The translations under genes were made by a program, and so were the position numbers. Below are positions 1 through 13,129 of a stretch of DNA of 64,000 nucleotides, in pieces. Source of the stretch: Lama guanicoe (taxonomy: Eukaryota); the NCBI GenBank assembly GCA_013239625.1, contig MU054693.1:248001-312000 (forward strand), read 5' to 3'. The stretch's first letter is position 1. Each line of letters begins with the position of its first letter. The notes beneath the pieces are model-generated. The model was not told where the DNA came from, did no database searches, and saw nothing but the letters and a program-made list of their open reading frames with translations.

Positions 1-229
1 TTCTTTTTTTTCCTCACTCTTGAAATGTATTTTTAGTTAAAATGACGTGTTGACTACCTTTAATGCCTGCTTTTAAGGAGACTCCTTGGTGTTCCTGCTT
101 ATGTTACAGGCATCCGTTGTTTCTCCGTTTTGTTCAGTCACAGAGGTGTGAGGATGGTCAGGTGGCATTTTGTTGTAGGGGCTTTGTCGGGTTTTTCGTT
201 GAAGTTAACGTTCATAATTTTAGGTACTG

Positions 230-1350
230 TTTATCCAGGATGTCCTCCCCCTTCACTGCTTATTCCTTCTCCATCTTCTTCATAGATTCCCCGTCCTCCT
301 CCCCAAACATTGGCGTGTCCCAGCTCGGTTCTTGGGTCTAGTCCCTTCTCTGTCTGTACTCCCTGGGTGACCTCATCCATCCCAGGATTTTAAATATGTT
401 CTACTTGCTGACGACGGCCAAGTACGCATCCTCGTCCAGGTCTCTCCCCGAACCTCAGCCCCAGGTGCTTGTCGATGTCTCCACACTTGCGTTTGGGAAG
501 TGGTCCCTGTGTCAGGAAGCGACCCTTCCATTCTGCCTGTTGCCCAGATCAAAGTTCTCAGAGTGGCCTCTGCCTCTTCTTTCTTTCAGATTGCACAGCC
601 AATCCACCAGTAAATTTCTTGGGTTCTTGCTTGGAAGTATATCCAGAATATGATCCAGAATGTATTCTCACCAGCTCCACCACACACCCCAGTTCAAGCT
701 GCTGTCCTTTCTCACCTGGGGTATTGCAGCCTCCTCCCACTGGCCTCTCAGCTTCTACCCTGGCACCTCTGTGGCCTTGTCACACATCGTAATCATTTTG
801 CAGCTAGAGTACTACTACTTTTGGAATGTCACTCTTCTGCCTAGAAGACTCTGCTGGCATTCCATCGCACTTAGAGATATCTTTACCACCGTGTCTAAGG
901 CCCTTCACGATCCCCTTCCTTCCCCAAACTGTCTCCGACCCCATCTTCTACCACTTGCCCCCGGCTCGTGCTGCTCCAGCCACGCTGGCCTCCTCACTGC
1001 TCCTAGAGCACATCAGGCCTGCTGCAGCCTCAGGGCCTTTGCACCAGCTGTGCCCTCCAGCCCTGACTCTCTCCTTCACTTCCTGAAAGCCCCTAGTCTT
1101 CCCTGCCTGCACTGTTAAAATAGCACCCTACCCCAGCCCGTGCCATTCTGTCCCTCGCCTGCTCTATTTTTCTTCATAGCATTTTCACCGTATGGCATGT
1201 TATTTATTATCTCACTGTCCATCTCCACCATCCAGAATGCAAGCTCTTTGAAGACAGAGATTTTGTATTGTTCACCGCTGTATCTGCGGTGCCTAGAACA
1301 GTGCCTGGCATATGCTGGATGCCCAGTAAACATTTATTAAATGAATGGAT
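230..1350 (+). mobile_element. LINE-2 (L2) 3' fragment
   Basis: Typical L2 3' motifs ending gtgcctagaacagtgcctggcatat...agtaaacatttattaaatgaatggat. Confidence 0.8.
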
Positions 1351-1361
1351 GTGCTATTTGC

Positions 1362-1505
1362 AGTGTAATCTCACAGCAAGCAGCCCTCTGAGGTAGGTAC
1401 GGCTCAGAAAGGCAAAAAATAAGTTACCATAGGCACGTAGCAAATAAGTAGCAGAGCTGAGGTTTAACCTCTGTCAGTTTGACTCCAAAGTGCATGTTCT
1501 TTCTT
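1362..1505 (-). mobile_element. MIR SINE fragment
   Basis: aatctcacagca...gaggtaggta...gcagagctgagg...tttgactccaaagtgcatgttctt resembles antisense MIR. Confidence 0.55.
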
Positions 1506-1729
1506 TTTTACTGCATGTCCTCCCATTTCTGGATGTTTCTGAGCCACTACCACATCTTCGAGAATTTTATTGTGCCTTTGAAGCCTTAACCATCTTGATT
1601 TTGTTCATCGCTGTCATCAAATAGTTTTCTAGCGTCTGCTTTCCACAGGCCTTGTGCCAGTCACAGAAGATAAAAGAAGTGTCAGTGCCTAGTTCCTGCC
1701 CTTCTGCTCTCATTTTTGAGCAAATCCCC

Positions 1730-1860
1730 CGCTAGACTGAGTTCCCCTGGAAAAATATGTTATCAGATTCTTTCTTGTTCGTTGTCATCTTTCCAGGGCT
1801 TAGAACCATGCCTGGCACAAAGGAGGCACTCTGTTGATAGCTGCTGAATGAATGAGTGAA
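1730..1860 (+). mobile_element. L2 3' end fragment
   Basis: cagggcttagaaccatgcctggcacaaaggaggcactc...tgaatgaatgagtgaa. Confidence 0.6.
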
Positions 1861-2254
1861 GACAGGGGCACAGAAAAGTGCTGCGAGAGTTAACGTTCTT
1901 TGTTTTTGTTGTTTAATTCAATAAAGACCGGCTGGTGCTGCCCACATCAAGCATCTGAACCAGCATCGTTGAGACAATCATTAGGCTCCGGGTGCTTGTT
2001 GGAAATGTCAGTTTCACCCCACAGCTAATAGGGTGAAAGGTGGGGGTGTGTCTGATTCAGATGGAGTTGGGTGGGGTCCACACCTGGAGAAACCCACTAC
2101 TGCCTAGTGACAGTACAGACTGCGGGAGACACTTCCCAGCCGGACCATCGGGAAGGGGTAAGCTGATGGAAGGGCTTTCCAAGCAGGGAGAGAGAAAAGT
2201 GAAAGGTGAGACTTGTCTTTAGATCCTAGAAAAGTCTGCCCCTGCCACCGTGAA

Positions 2255-2490
2255 TATAATAATTCTAATAATTGCCACCACTTCCTCTGCCTGCCATGTG
2301 CTCGGAACTCTGGCCCTTTAACATACGCATATTGATGTGATTTTCGTACCAAACCCTCAACACAAGATGTTATCACCGCCTTATAGACAAGAACGCAGAT
2401 TCAGAAGGTTGAATAACTCATTCAAGGTCATATGAAGTGGTGGAGCTGAGAGTTGAGATTCAGGAGGCACAAAGTCATGGTCTTTTCTGT
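2255..2490 (-). mobile_element. MIR SINE
   Basis: Antisense MIR core: ttatagacaagaacgcagattcagaaggttgaataactcattcaaggtcat...gtggtggagctg. Confidence 0.7.
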
Positions 2491-3329
2491 CACCCTCTGT
2501 GCTGTCCATGAAAAGGTCACGTGGATTCAAAGAAGTACAAACTCCTAACACCTCTAGGTAACTGGGGGAAATGTACTGAAATGAGTCGAGTTTCCCTTAA
2601 AGCTCCTTAAACGAATCATGGTTTTGATAACGTTTGATTTTGGTAGGAAATGCCTTCTGAATATACTCCTGACTTTGCCAGTTCTATTTTCTTCTTTCAC
2701 ACAGGCTTTATCAAATGATTGTTTTGTTGATAAATTTAGTGCACAGTTGGGACTTATATGTAGATTGCACCTACCCTCAAAGGGAGAGAGGATTTTATAG
2801 TTTCCATTCATTCTCATTAAAATCAGAACATTTGCATCTTAACTTTTACATCTTGTTCCAGGAATTTTAAGCAGTCTGATTGTGTGGAAGTGGGTCGTAT
2901 TAATTGCGAATGGGCGAGACATCTGCTCACTAACACAGAACGATTTTTTAAGCTCTATTTTGTTTTTATATATGATCTACCAGAGTGATTAAGTGAAGGC
3001 TGTCGGTGATGCTATTACAAGAAGAGGAATTTCAGAGACTTATAATGTAACCATAAAAATGAATTTAAAAGTGAACCTTTGAAAGTTCTTGAACTGGGAG
3101 CAATTAAACATCTTAGAGTTGATAAATTTTTATCGGCAGCCTGTCAGGGAGCCGTTTTCTATCATCGGAGCCCCTGTTGTTGCGCTGCACAGTGGGCCCA
3201 GGTCCAGTGGGCTCCAGGCTCTGGGGTGAGGGAGCAGCGTTGCGGGGCCGTTGCTACCTGCAGGGAGCGAAGTGGGCAGTGAATGAGCTCAGGTGCTCAG
3301 GCGCAGCCTGGAGCACTAATTCTTTAGGA

Positions 3330-3525
3330 AAGTGATAAGCATGGTGAGTTTAGGCAGCGCTCACTGGTTAAACAGACCTGGTCAAGCAGGTTCCTTTCTT
3401 GCAGTCATTCCAGAGCCTTCCCCTTGTACACTGCGGCTCCTCAAGAGGGGGGTGATGGCTACACAGCTTCCCCGACATATATGGCCACCGACCCCTTTTC
3501 ATGGAATACAGTTTGGGAAATGTCA
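3330..3525. mobile_element. hAT-Charlie DNA transposon remnant (MER112-like)
   Basis: ctggttaaac...caggttcctttcttgcag...ctcaagaggggg...ggaatacagtttgggaaatg resembles MER112 and the better copy at 19.3 kb. Confidence 0.45.
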
Positions 3526-6399
3526 TGAGAATGCCCCAAGTACTATTTTAAAACTAGTAACTGAGGATCTAGTTGAGGCCGCCTTGGTCATGTGGTTTAA
3601 TGTTGAGTCTCTGGCCCTCAGCCAGTAGCTCAGCCATCTTCCCACTCTGGACCTTTCCAGACCTGACTTTTTTCAGAGTTGTGGCTTCCAAGCCAGTGGT
3701 AGCACTGGCCCAGTCAGGGAGCAGGAGGGAAGCTGGGCCACTGTGCATCCATGCTTGTTTTACTTGACAGAGAGGAAGACAATATGTCATTGGGCAGCAG
3801 TGATTAGGGAAGGACAAGTAAAATATATAAAAGATGAAGAGTTCTAGAGGAAGTGACATTGTTCCTAAAGTGATTTCCTGACCCTGATCCAGCACCTGCT
3901 TCCTGGAGGGGCTCAGTCAATATTTGTTGAATGAATAAATTCCTAGTACTCTGAGGCCTTTGCAAAAAAGATACCTAATGTTGATATATCATCATATTCT
4001 TTTTCAGTTCAGTTTAGTTGCCAATGTATTATAGTCTTACACCTTCTAGAATCAAAGTTTGAAACACCATAACTTTTCCTGCACCTAACAGATGCCCCTT
4101 TCATCCAGAAATATCTGCTGCGTCCTGCCTTGCCACAGAGCGAATGACCTGGGCATTGTGTTCCAGGAGTGGGAATGGGTTTGAACTGATTGATCCAAAC
4201 CTTTACTCCTTCTCTCCTGGAACCAGTGACAGAAAGCTGACAAATGTTAAGGGCTGATGTCCGCTACCCTGGAACCAGGCAAAGGTAGTTGACTCACAGA
4301 GGGGCAGAGGCTGAATGTGAACCTATGGCCTTGACCGCATTAACTTCAGGCATCTCACCTGAAGCACCTGCGTCAGGGTAAGGGCGCGATCCCTGTCTTA
4401 ACTGCTGACATTCTTCTCCTCGTGCCTAGTGGTGCTGCTTTCCCATTTCATCCCCTCTTTCTGCAGAATATGGTTCGTTACCCAAAGGAAGGATCGCTTG
4501 CTCACCCTTAATGTGGGGAAATCATTTAGAGCACTTAATTTGTGTTGACTCTTTATTGGTGCACTATTGCAATTAAGTTAGATTAATGAAAGGTAAATTC
4601 CAGTCTATACATGGAAAAAAAAACTCTCTTGTAAAGATCCTAATTAGTATGTGTGTTTATTTAGCCTCTCATGGTTTAATTGCATCCCATCTTGCTATTT
4701 ACAAACAGGCATCATTAAAGAGTAATGAGTGTGAAGAGCATTAATACTAGCAGCAGATGAGGTAGCTAGCGGTTGTGGGGAGAGGGAGGGATGGATGGGA
4801 AGTCTGCTGGTTTGTATTGTTTTCCAGTGAAGGAGGATGCAAAACGGCCCTCTGAACCAGCCCGTGAGGAGAGGATGGAGCAGACATTATGCAAGGCGGC
4901 AGCTTGTCCTTTGGGTGTGGAGAGCTGGGCTGCTTTTAATTTGCTGCTGCGATGTAATCTGGAAGGTGAACACACTCACACAATTGTCTTGTGACCTTAG
5001 TTGAAGCTTTCTTTTCAGCCCCGCATCACAGGACATCTGCACTTCAAATCAATGAGGATTCCCTAGGATGCTGGAAAGATTGTCCAAAATATGTCAGCTC
5101 CAATCCCTTCAGCAGCTTTTAAAAAGAAAGAAAGAAATTCAAATGTAAAAAAATTGAGAAATAAGTTTATGATATTTCACTGGCTCCCCAAATGTTTCAT
5201 TCCAATTTTACATAATTTGCAGTCATTCTTGAAGTTACAAAGCAAGTTTATCTTTCAAGGTGGGTGCTTGATCATTTATATTCTGCTCTAACCTGATTTA
5301 AGGGTGGAAAAGCTAAGATTCCAAATGGGGTTACCAAGCAGAGGGAAGAGAGGAGAACCCGGAGATGAAATATGTTCCCGTCAATGCTTGCGCGAGCGTC
5401 TGGTCCTTGCGTAAAGTAAGCGCTTCTGTGATATCACCAGGGAGCGCATGTAGCGATAAGGTGGCGAAGCCCAGGAGGAAGTGTCCTAGGGCCCTGGCTG
5501 TGTTCACTTGTAGGAGCAGAACTGTTAAACCCCTGTGCCTCAGTTTCCCCTTATGTTGTGGTTATCGTTGCAAGTGGTTTTGTGAATGTGTTCTACAGAA
5601 ATGCAAATTGCTCTATTCAAACTACACTAAAGCCTTCGATTTCTGTAGGGTTCCTAGGTGAGCTGAAGTCCAGAGTTTAATTTACTTAAAACAAGATTAC
5701 AGAAATTCACAATTTTCAATACATTTTACGGTTTTCTTCAAAAAAAAAAAAAAAACGAGTTTAATTTTAAGCTGCCCTAAATAGAAGCAGAAACGAAAAA
5801 GTTTTTCAGCGTTCTGACCACTGCCTGTATTTAAGGACACAGCTTGCTGCGTTATCAAACCCAGGAGGACCCAGACAAGCTTGTGTGGGTGCCTTTTTTG
5901 TTGTTGTTAACTTGCAACTGTTCCATTTTCAGCTCACAGAACCGTGGGGCATATTTTCCCATTCATATTAATTGGATTTTAAAGTGACCTTGTCCATGTA
6001 TTGATTTGAATTAAAATTTTCTACATCAAGGTCAAGTTGGCCCACATCCTACAGTCGAAATATTAAAAAGTCAAGTGCTGCCTAACAGGGTATCGACAGA
6101 AGAAATGGAGATGTAATGGGGCCACCTGTGCCACAGAGGACACCGTTCTAATGCAGGTGGCAAGTGGCAGTTCTGCGTGGGGATCACCTTCTCCTGGACT
6201 TGAATCACGTCATCAGAGGGGCAGTTCCTGTTTAAGACCTACCTTTTTCGGGAAAGACTGTCCCTGAGCTCCTCAGAGCCCAGGTAACGCCGCTCAGGTG
6301 TATGGGGTTAGGGTGAGGTTTCAGTTCGTCTGGATTCACGCAGGCCGCGAAATGAGGGAAATGGAAAATGAGGGTCCATCATGATCGTTCATACACTTG

Positions 6400-7195
6400 A
6401 ACGGCCTAGCCCAGACCTCAGCTAGGAGTCCCAGCCTCCAAACTGCACATGTAACGTCTCTCCACTTAGATGTTTCAGAAGTATCTTAAACTTCATAAAT
6501 TTCCCTGTCCCTGTCTCGCCCTCTGCTTCTCCAGCTTATCTCAGTAGGTAGCAACACCACCTACCTGGTGCTCAAGCCAGAAACCTAGGAGCTCCCTTAG
6601 TTTCTCCCTTTTCCTCAGCAAATCCTGTCTTAGGATTTTATCTTGATTTTGTCTGCAGTCTGTCAGCACCTCACCTCCTCTGCCACCAGCGTCCTGGTCA
6701 CAGTGGTCATCGTCCTCTCCCGTGGCCTCCCTGTTTCTTCTCCACATCTCATCACGAAGCAACCAGGAACGTGTTTTTTTAAAGTGCACGTCAAACATCA
6801 TTTCTCTGCTGAAAACCCTGCAGGGGTTTCCCACTTCACCCCGAGTGAAGCTAAACGCCGTATCCGGGCCTCGGCTCTTCCCGTCCACCTGGCCTGCCTC
6901 TGCCCCGCTGGCCCCTTTTCTCAGACGCCAGGGCGTTCCCTGCTTGAGGCCTTTACCGGGCCGCTCTGCCCGGCACTCTGCACGGGCTAGCTCTGCCTTT
7001 GGCGGTGGGTTTCAGCCCAGTGGGAACCTGCCCCTTGCCCGGGCTTGTTGTCTTCTTAGCCCCTCACAGATATTATTTTGTTTGTTGTCTGCCCACCCTG
7101 CCCCCCGCCCCCCACTGAGCGTGTTCGCTCATGTTTTGTTCCCTTAGACTAGTGCTTGGCACGTAGTGGGTGTACAAGACATATTTGAGTGAATT
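6400..7195 (+). mobile_element. L2 fragment
   Basis: L2 body motifs (tgctcaagccagaaacctagga) and 3' end agtgcttggcacgtagtggg...atatttgagtgaattga. Confidence 0.7.
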
Positions 7196-8294
7196 GATAC
7201 CTGATCTAAATGTCATTTTTTCAGACATAAGTATTGCCTAAATAATCTCTTTAAGCTGTCCCCCTTTTGTTCATTTCCTTTCAAACTGTTTCTAAATTAT
7301 CTGTTTGTATTTATATACTTATTTGTTGTCTGTCTCTGCCGCTAGACCGTTAGCTCTCTGAAAGTCTCTTTTGTCTCTGCGTACCTGATGCCCGGGCTGT
7401 GCACAATACGTGTTGACCAAGTAACCGTTGGGTGGAAGGAAGGGAAGAACTGGAAAGCAAGCCATCTGCGGTCCAGAGTGGCTCCAGGTTCCACTTTGCA
7501 TCTGCCTGTCTGTCTCCCCGCCCTCCTTCCCACCCTCATTTCTGCCCCTTCTCTTCCTACACAGCCTCCTTCTCCCAGGAGGGCTGTTTCTTGTTCCCAG
7601 TCTTTCCCATGTTCTCCAGTCCAGATTCTGAAATGAGGGAGGCAGTTTACCTGGCCTCGCCAGTATGGGCAGAGCCTTCCGTACCAGACCAGTGTGGGGT
7701 CCCCTTCAGACCCAGCACAGACTGGTCCCACCCAGTACAGGAAACAGCTGCTTGCCAGGCAGCAGACACGTTCAGCAAGACAGGGGCATCGAGCACGGGG
7801 GCTTCTTTACTGCCGTGCTCAGCGCAGGGGACAGGTAAAGGGTGTGGGCTGACGAGGAGTCCTCTTCACGTCCAGTAGGAGAGACTAGACACGTTCAGCA
7901 TGTTTGAGAAAACAGTGGTCAGCTTCTCCTTCTGTCAGCTAACCTGTATCCCACCTCATTCCATAACATCTTTTTGGAATCAAGATTCCCTGTTCTGATA
8001 CAGGCACCACCTTCTCCTTTTCCTAGAGAGGTTTATGTTGTATATTTGAATGTATGTTTTATAAATCAAAATGAACAGAATTCTATTTTGATGATTTGGG
8101 GGATTTTTCATGACCCTGCAAGAGAGACCCCAAGGTAGCCAGAAACTAAGATCAGGAAACACAATTCTTCCCTCTTGTCTTTTTGTTTCTTTATGTTATG
8201 TGTGAATTTTGAAACTGTTGAGGGGGACAGGAAGTGAGATGAGAGAGGAAGACTGTGAGGAAGTTGATATTCATTGTATGAAAAGGAAATGCCC

Positions 8295-8422
8295 TTTTTT
8301 TTTTCAAATTTTACCCTAAGTACATTTATTAATTTTTTATTGAAATATAGTCAGTTACAATGTGTCAGTTCTGGTGTACAGCACAATGTCCCAGTCGTGC
8401 ATAATACATACATATATTCGTT
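8295..8422 (-). mobile_element. Young, severely 5'-truncated L1 (camelid-type 3' end)
   Basis: Poly(T) followed by ttttattgaaatatagtcagttacaatgtgtcagttctggtgtacagca...atacatacatatattcg; flanked by the imperfect TSD ggaaatgccctt (8285) / ggaaatgtcttt (8423). Confidence 0.75.
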
Positions 8423-8814
8423 GGAAATGTCTTTCTTAACTCTTCCTTGTCACGAAGACTGCTCATAAGACTTGGCAGGTGACTAAGTCATTTATCATGA
8501 GATTCCCCTCCACCCAGGGCAGTTTTGACTTCAGACGAGAGAACTGAGTTCAGGAAGATCAGAAGTGCCCAAATTGGCATCGGTGGCTCCTTAGGAAGTG
8601 ATGCAGGTCCACTCATCAATGGAATGAGCCACCTGGTGAGAAATAAACCTTATCTTATTAGACAGGGAGTTTCATAATTGTTCAAAACAATGACTGCCAT
8701 GTAGTGAGTGCCCTAGTGACTCTCCTGGACACTTACTAGCACTGGCTGTCCAGTCCTTATAAAGGGTTCCATTTTAAACACTAGAAACCAGAGCTCACGT
8801 GGGTTGGTTTTCCC

Positions 8815-9140
8815 AGAGCCACGCTGCTTTGTACGTGGCAGAGGCAGAATTTGAACTTGGGTCTCCTGGGCTCCAAAGCCCTGGCTCACACCCCTGCCCC
8901 CTGCTGCCTTTCCCTCTGACAAGGGCGTGGAGGGAGTAACTCCCCAGGACCGCTGAGGGCACACTTGCCAGGTTTGCATCATTGTGCTCAGCCCTTCTGG
9001 TGTCATTTCCTCCTCACAACCGCCTTATCCCGGGTCTGCAGGCGAGAAAACGGGGACTTCACAAACCAGGTAACTTGCCTCACTCAATTCACTCAGCCAG
9101 GAAGGGGCGGATCTCACATCTAAACTCAGACTGTTTTCCC
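8815..9140 (-). mobile_element. Two MIR fragments (about 8815-8885 and 9005-9140)
   Basis: gtggcagaggcagaatttgaacttgggtctcctgggctccaaagccc and tcatttcctcctcacaac...ggtaacttgcc. Confidence 0.55.
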
Positions 9141-12100
9141 CTCAGAATTCGTAAACGTCAGCCTCATGCTCGTTCGCCTCGCTGGCGAGCTGGTTTTCTA
9201 ACTGGCTGGCGAACAGAACCTCAAGCCGGCTTGTCTGCCTTATTGTTCCTGGGTCTTTGTCAAGGGGGAGCTAGGATGCACCTCTTGAGGCTGTGTCGAC
9301 TTTGTGTCTCAAATCTAGTCTGCCCATGGGCTTTCCGGTTTCCTTTTCCTTTTCTTTTATTGTGTTGACGTTGGCGTCGCTTTTTATCATCAGAGGCACA
9401 ACTGAACAAGCCCGTGGAACGAAATCAGTGACCTTCGGCATAAAGGTCAATTTTACCTTGACGATCCCTCGGGTTGCGCTCTTGTTTCCAAGGCACGCAG
9501 CCCGTTTGCTTTGTACGACTTGGTTGCTGGCCAGCTCTCCTCTGCGCCAGAGGCCGCCTCCTGCAAGCCGTGGCAGCAGGTTTGTCTTCTCTGCCTCAGC
9601 TTTGCCACAGTTTCAGCCTTTTAGGGTAGGTCTGTCTCGGTTTTCTCCTGGCTGTTTCCAGTTTCACAGTTTTCCTAGAAAGAAGCAACAGCCAGTTTCC
9701 CTCTGCACCTCTCAGTTTCCCGCCGCCGGCTGCTGCGGCTCCGCGAGGCCTGCTGTTGAGAGCACAGCTCCGCCCGGCACGGTTCTGCCAGGGCCGCACG
9801 TACCTGGCAGCTGTGCAGAACTCAGAGCGCTAATTTTTTTTTTTTAAAAATGCTAAAATTAGATAAAGCAAGCGTTTTAGTAGCATCGTATAGATGGGGT
9901 CAGGGGTGTGAGTATAAAGCCATTCAGGAGGGAAGCCAGGAGTCTTGCAAAGCGAGGTTTTGTGCCCCTTACCAGCATCGTCGAATATATGGCTGAGTGG
10001 GTAGAGGGTGGAATGACCCAAGGCTCTGCAGTCGCCAATTCTTGTGATTTAGAGACCCTGGTGTGGGGTCAGGGACCAGGCGTGAGATGGGGAAACAGCA
10101 GGAGGTGGGCGTCCAGCCCAACACAGGAAAGCAGTGACCTTGCACTCAAGTCTTTCTGAACCTCAGCTTCCTCCTACGTAGATGAACGTAAGACACCTGC
10201 CTGGGCTGTACCACAGGTCCTTAGATGGAGGAGGAAGCTGTGGCCCTGTGGGCACACCCCAGTCCTCATGGAGCCAGGGGGGCATCTGCAGTGTTCTGGG
10301 GAGGATGCCCAGGGGTCAGGGGAGAGCTCAGGGGGACACTTTTTCCAGGTCACATCTGAGAACATCTCTCGGAGGAATGTTCCACAAGACATCATTTGAG
10401 GGGGTGCTCCTCTGTACAACCAACCCCACCTTTCCAAACATCGGGTAAAGTGGACAGGTGCCAAACCAAGCATTTTATGGTCAGTGATGTGGCACCCCTC
10501 TCCCCAAAACTCCTCGAGTGCACGGTGAACCCCACGTGGTATAGCACCACGTACCCTCCAGTGAGTTCAGCCGCAAGTCAGATGTAGCACCTCCTTCAAG
10601 AGAGGAGCCATATTTGATACCTCTTCACCTCCCTACCTACCTTCAGCTCCCGTTTACCCCTTTGAAAATTGGAGAGTTGGAGAAAATGACTTTTTAAAAC
10701 TTTGCAGGTCCAAAGTTACATGATTCTCTGAATCAGTCTTTGCCCAGTGCGTCACGCGATAAATACGCTTACTCATTCCATAAATAAGTGCTTATTGGGA
10801 TCCTTCCCTGTATCCTCATCTTTCTTTGGAGTTAGGACAAACGGAGGTCCTTAGTACCACACTGAAGAAAGACTATTCGTGAACCTCCTGTCGGTACTCC
10901 CGTCTGCCCCCCTCTCCCCACCTCCTTTTCTCACTACACTTTGAAAAAACATCACTTCAGGCACAGCAGACCCCTTAAGGACACTTACGTGATAGACTTT
11001 TACCTTGTCTGTGTCTAGGAACTAACATTTGTGGACGCACATGTATACGTGTGGCTGCTGCGTTTTCTCCATACCCCTCCCCGCAGAGCAGAGCCCAGCT
11101 GTGCAGCCTGTGTCTGGGTGCCGGATGCCGTGCTCCCCGCTGCACCCCCACGTGTGCTTTGTGCCGGGCCAGGGGCTGCCGTATCTGGTTCTGGGTTCTT
11201 CGTGCAAGTAAGCTTTTGGTCGGCTCACCTCCCCTGTATCCCAGACACAGACACTGCTCAGGTTCAGAGCGCCTTCCCCCTGCACCTGCTTCTCTCACCG
11301 CCTAAGCCACGTGGGCTGCCAGTGTAGATAATGTCCCAGCTACCAGATTTGTTATTTTCACGTTAGATCGCAGCTGGCCGCAGAGCAGAACTGAGTATTT
11401 CTGCTGTTACCCTCAACTTTCCTCCCACTTTGTGACTTGCCTTGCCACAATGAACTAGACATTCTCTGAATGCAATACAGCTTGGCAGGCAACTGCTGTA
11501 GATCAGATAGAGAAGACCACCAATTCAGGCACGGCTGCCCCCGCACGGAGGAGGCTGTGCCAGCATTTTTAAGGGCACTTCTTGGAAGGTGCCGGCGGGC
11601 TGGGCGCCAGCCCAGCATCTTCCTTTCCAAGCACCTTTCAAGCAACCTTGGTTCCTGCTGAGGAAGCACAGGGCTTCCTTCCACTCTTCACAACTTGCCA
11701 TTTGAACACTCATGGGACAGACGCAGGAGGAGTAGTGAGTGAGCTGCTCAGTAGAGAAGATGTGTTACCTTGGCAACAGCAAGCCGGCTTCATTACCAGA
11801 TGGCATTAGCTTTATTTGTGGGATCCCAAAGCAGTTGCCAAGCACCGACCTGTAGCCCCACCACCGGGCGTTTGGCCTCCCTCCATGGCCAGCATTGGCT
11901 AGTTGGTAGAACGGTGTCCGTTGGCATGTATCTGGTGCACCGCCTTCTCGGCCTACCAGAACTTCAAGGTCACTGCAACCCAGTGCGTCCAGATACCTTA
12001 GGACCCGGCGCAGTGCAGATGCACGAGACTCTGAATCATTACAGAGTGACCTGCGGGCGGGAGGGAACATGCGTGAGGCTCCACCTTGAGGGCCGGGCTC

Positions 12101-12189
12101 GAGGGCTTGTAGGGCCCTTCCCACCGTGCCACCTCTGAGCACAGCTGTCACGCTGTATCGTGTGCCACGCCCGTGGCCACGCGTGTCTC

Positions 12190-12345
12190 CTGTGAATCGT
12201 CACACTTGATTTCCTCAGCAGGCCCCTCTGCGTTTTACAGCTGAGTGAACAAGGACGAGAGGTGGTCTGACTTGCCCTTGGTCACACTGCCTGTGAGTGG
12301 CAGGTGTGGCACTGAGTCCTGGTGCACTTGACCTTCACGCTAATG
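12190..12345 (-). mobile_element. MIR SINE
   Basis: ttttacagctgagtgaac...gagaggtggtctgacttgcccttggtcacac...gagtggcag. Confidence 0.6.
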
Positions 12346-13129
12346 GCCTCCTCTGGGAGCCAGCAAGATCAGCCCGAGTGGCAGCTTCGTACCTCCCCCT
12401 AGACTGCCCTGCACCCCAGGTTTGCAGACTCTCAGCCGTCCTTCAACAGGAGCACATTTTTGTTCAGACCTCCGGGCCCAGCACCACTGTCACCTTTAGC
12501 CCCAGGTGTGACAGCAGGAGTGGCAGTTTCACTGGACTGGAGACAGCAGCCGTTCTGGTTCCAGCTTTGATGTTAACTGGCTTCAGATCATTTTGCCTCT
12601 GCAAAGTCCAGACAAGGGTTTGGGCCGGGTAACGTCGCTGCCTCTGGAGTGTCATCTGTGCCAGGCCCTCTGCCGCACCCCTTTTCAAGACCTGATTCCA
12701 AATGTGCTGGATTCCAGAACGTGAAAATGGTAAACATCAAAATTGTGTATGCAGTTTCATTGTGACCACGTTAAAAATGCAGAAAGCCATAAATCTGTGC
12801 ATATTCAACCTAGGTGAATACCAGGGTCCTTTCTGGCTTGTGAAAAATAAGAATTGACAAGCTTCATAGAGCTTGACAAGTTTGAAAGATAATGAACGTA
12901 AACCGGAGTAAGACTTCATGGCACTGACGGCGCGTCAACTGCTGCAGCCCGGGATGGGCACAGGCCGTCCGGGGGTTCATGGTGAGCCGCCACGCTTGTG
13001 CGCCCCCCCCCCGGGGTGCACGTCTGTGCGGTCACAGCGCCCTGAGGGCAGAGAGAAGCCGCCAGCCCCAGGACTCCGGAGCAAACTGGACAGGTGGAGT
13101 GGAGGTGGGAGTGGAGGTGAGAGGTATGA

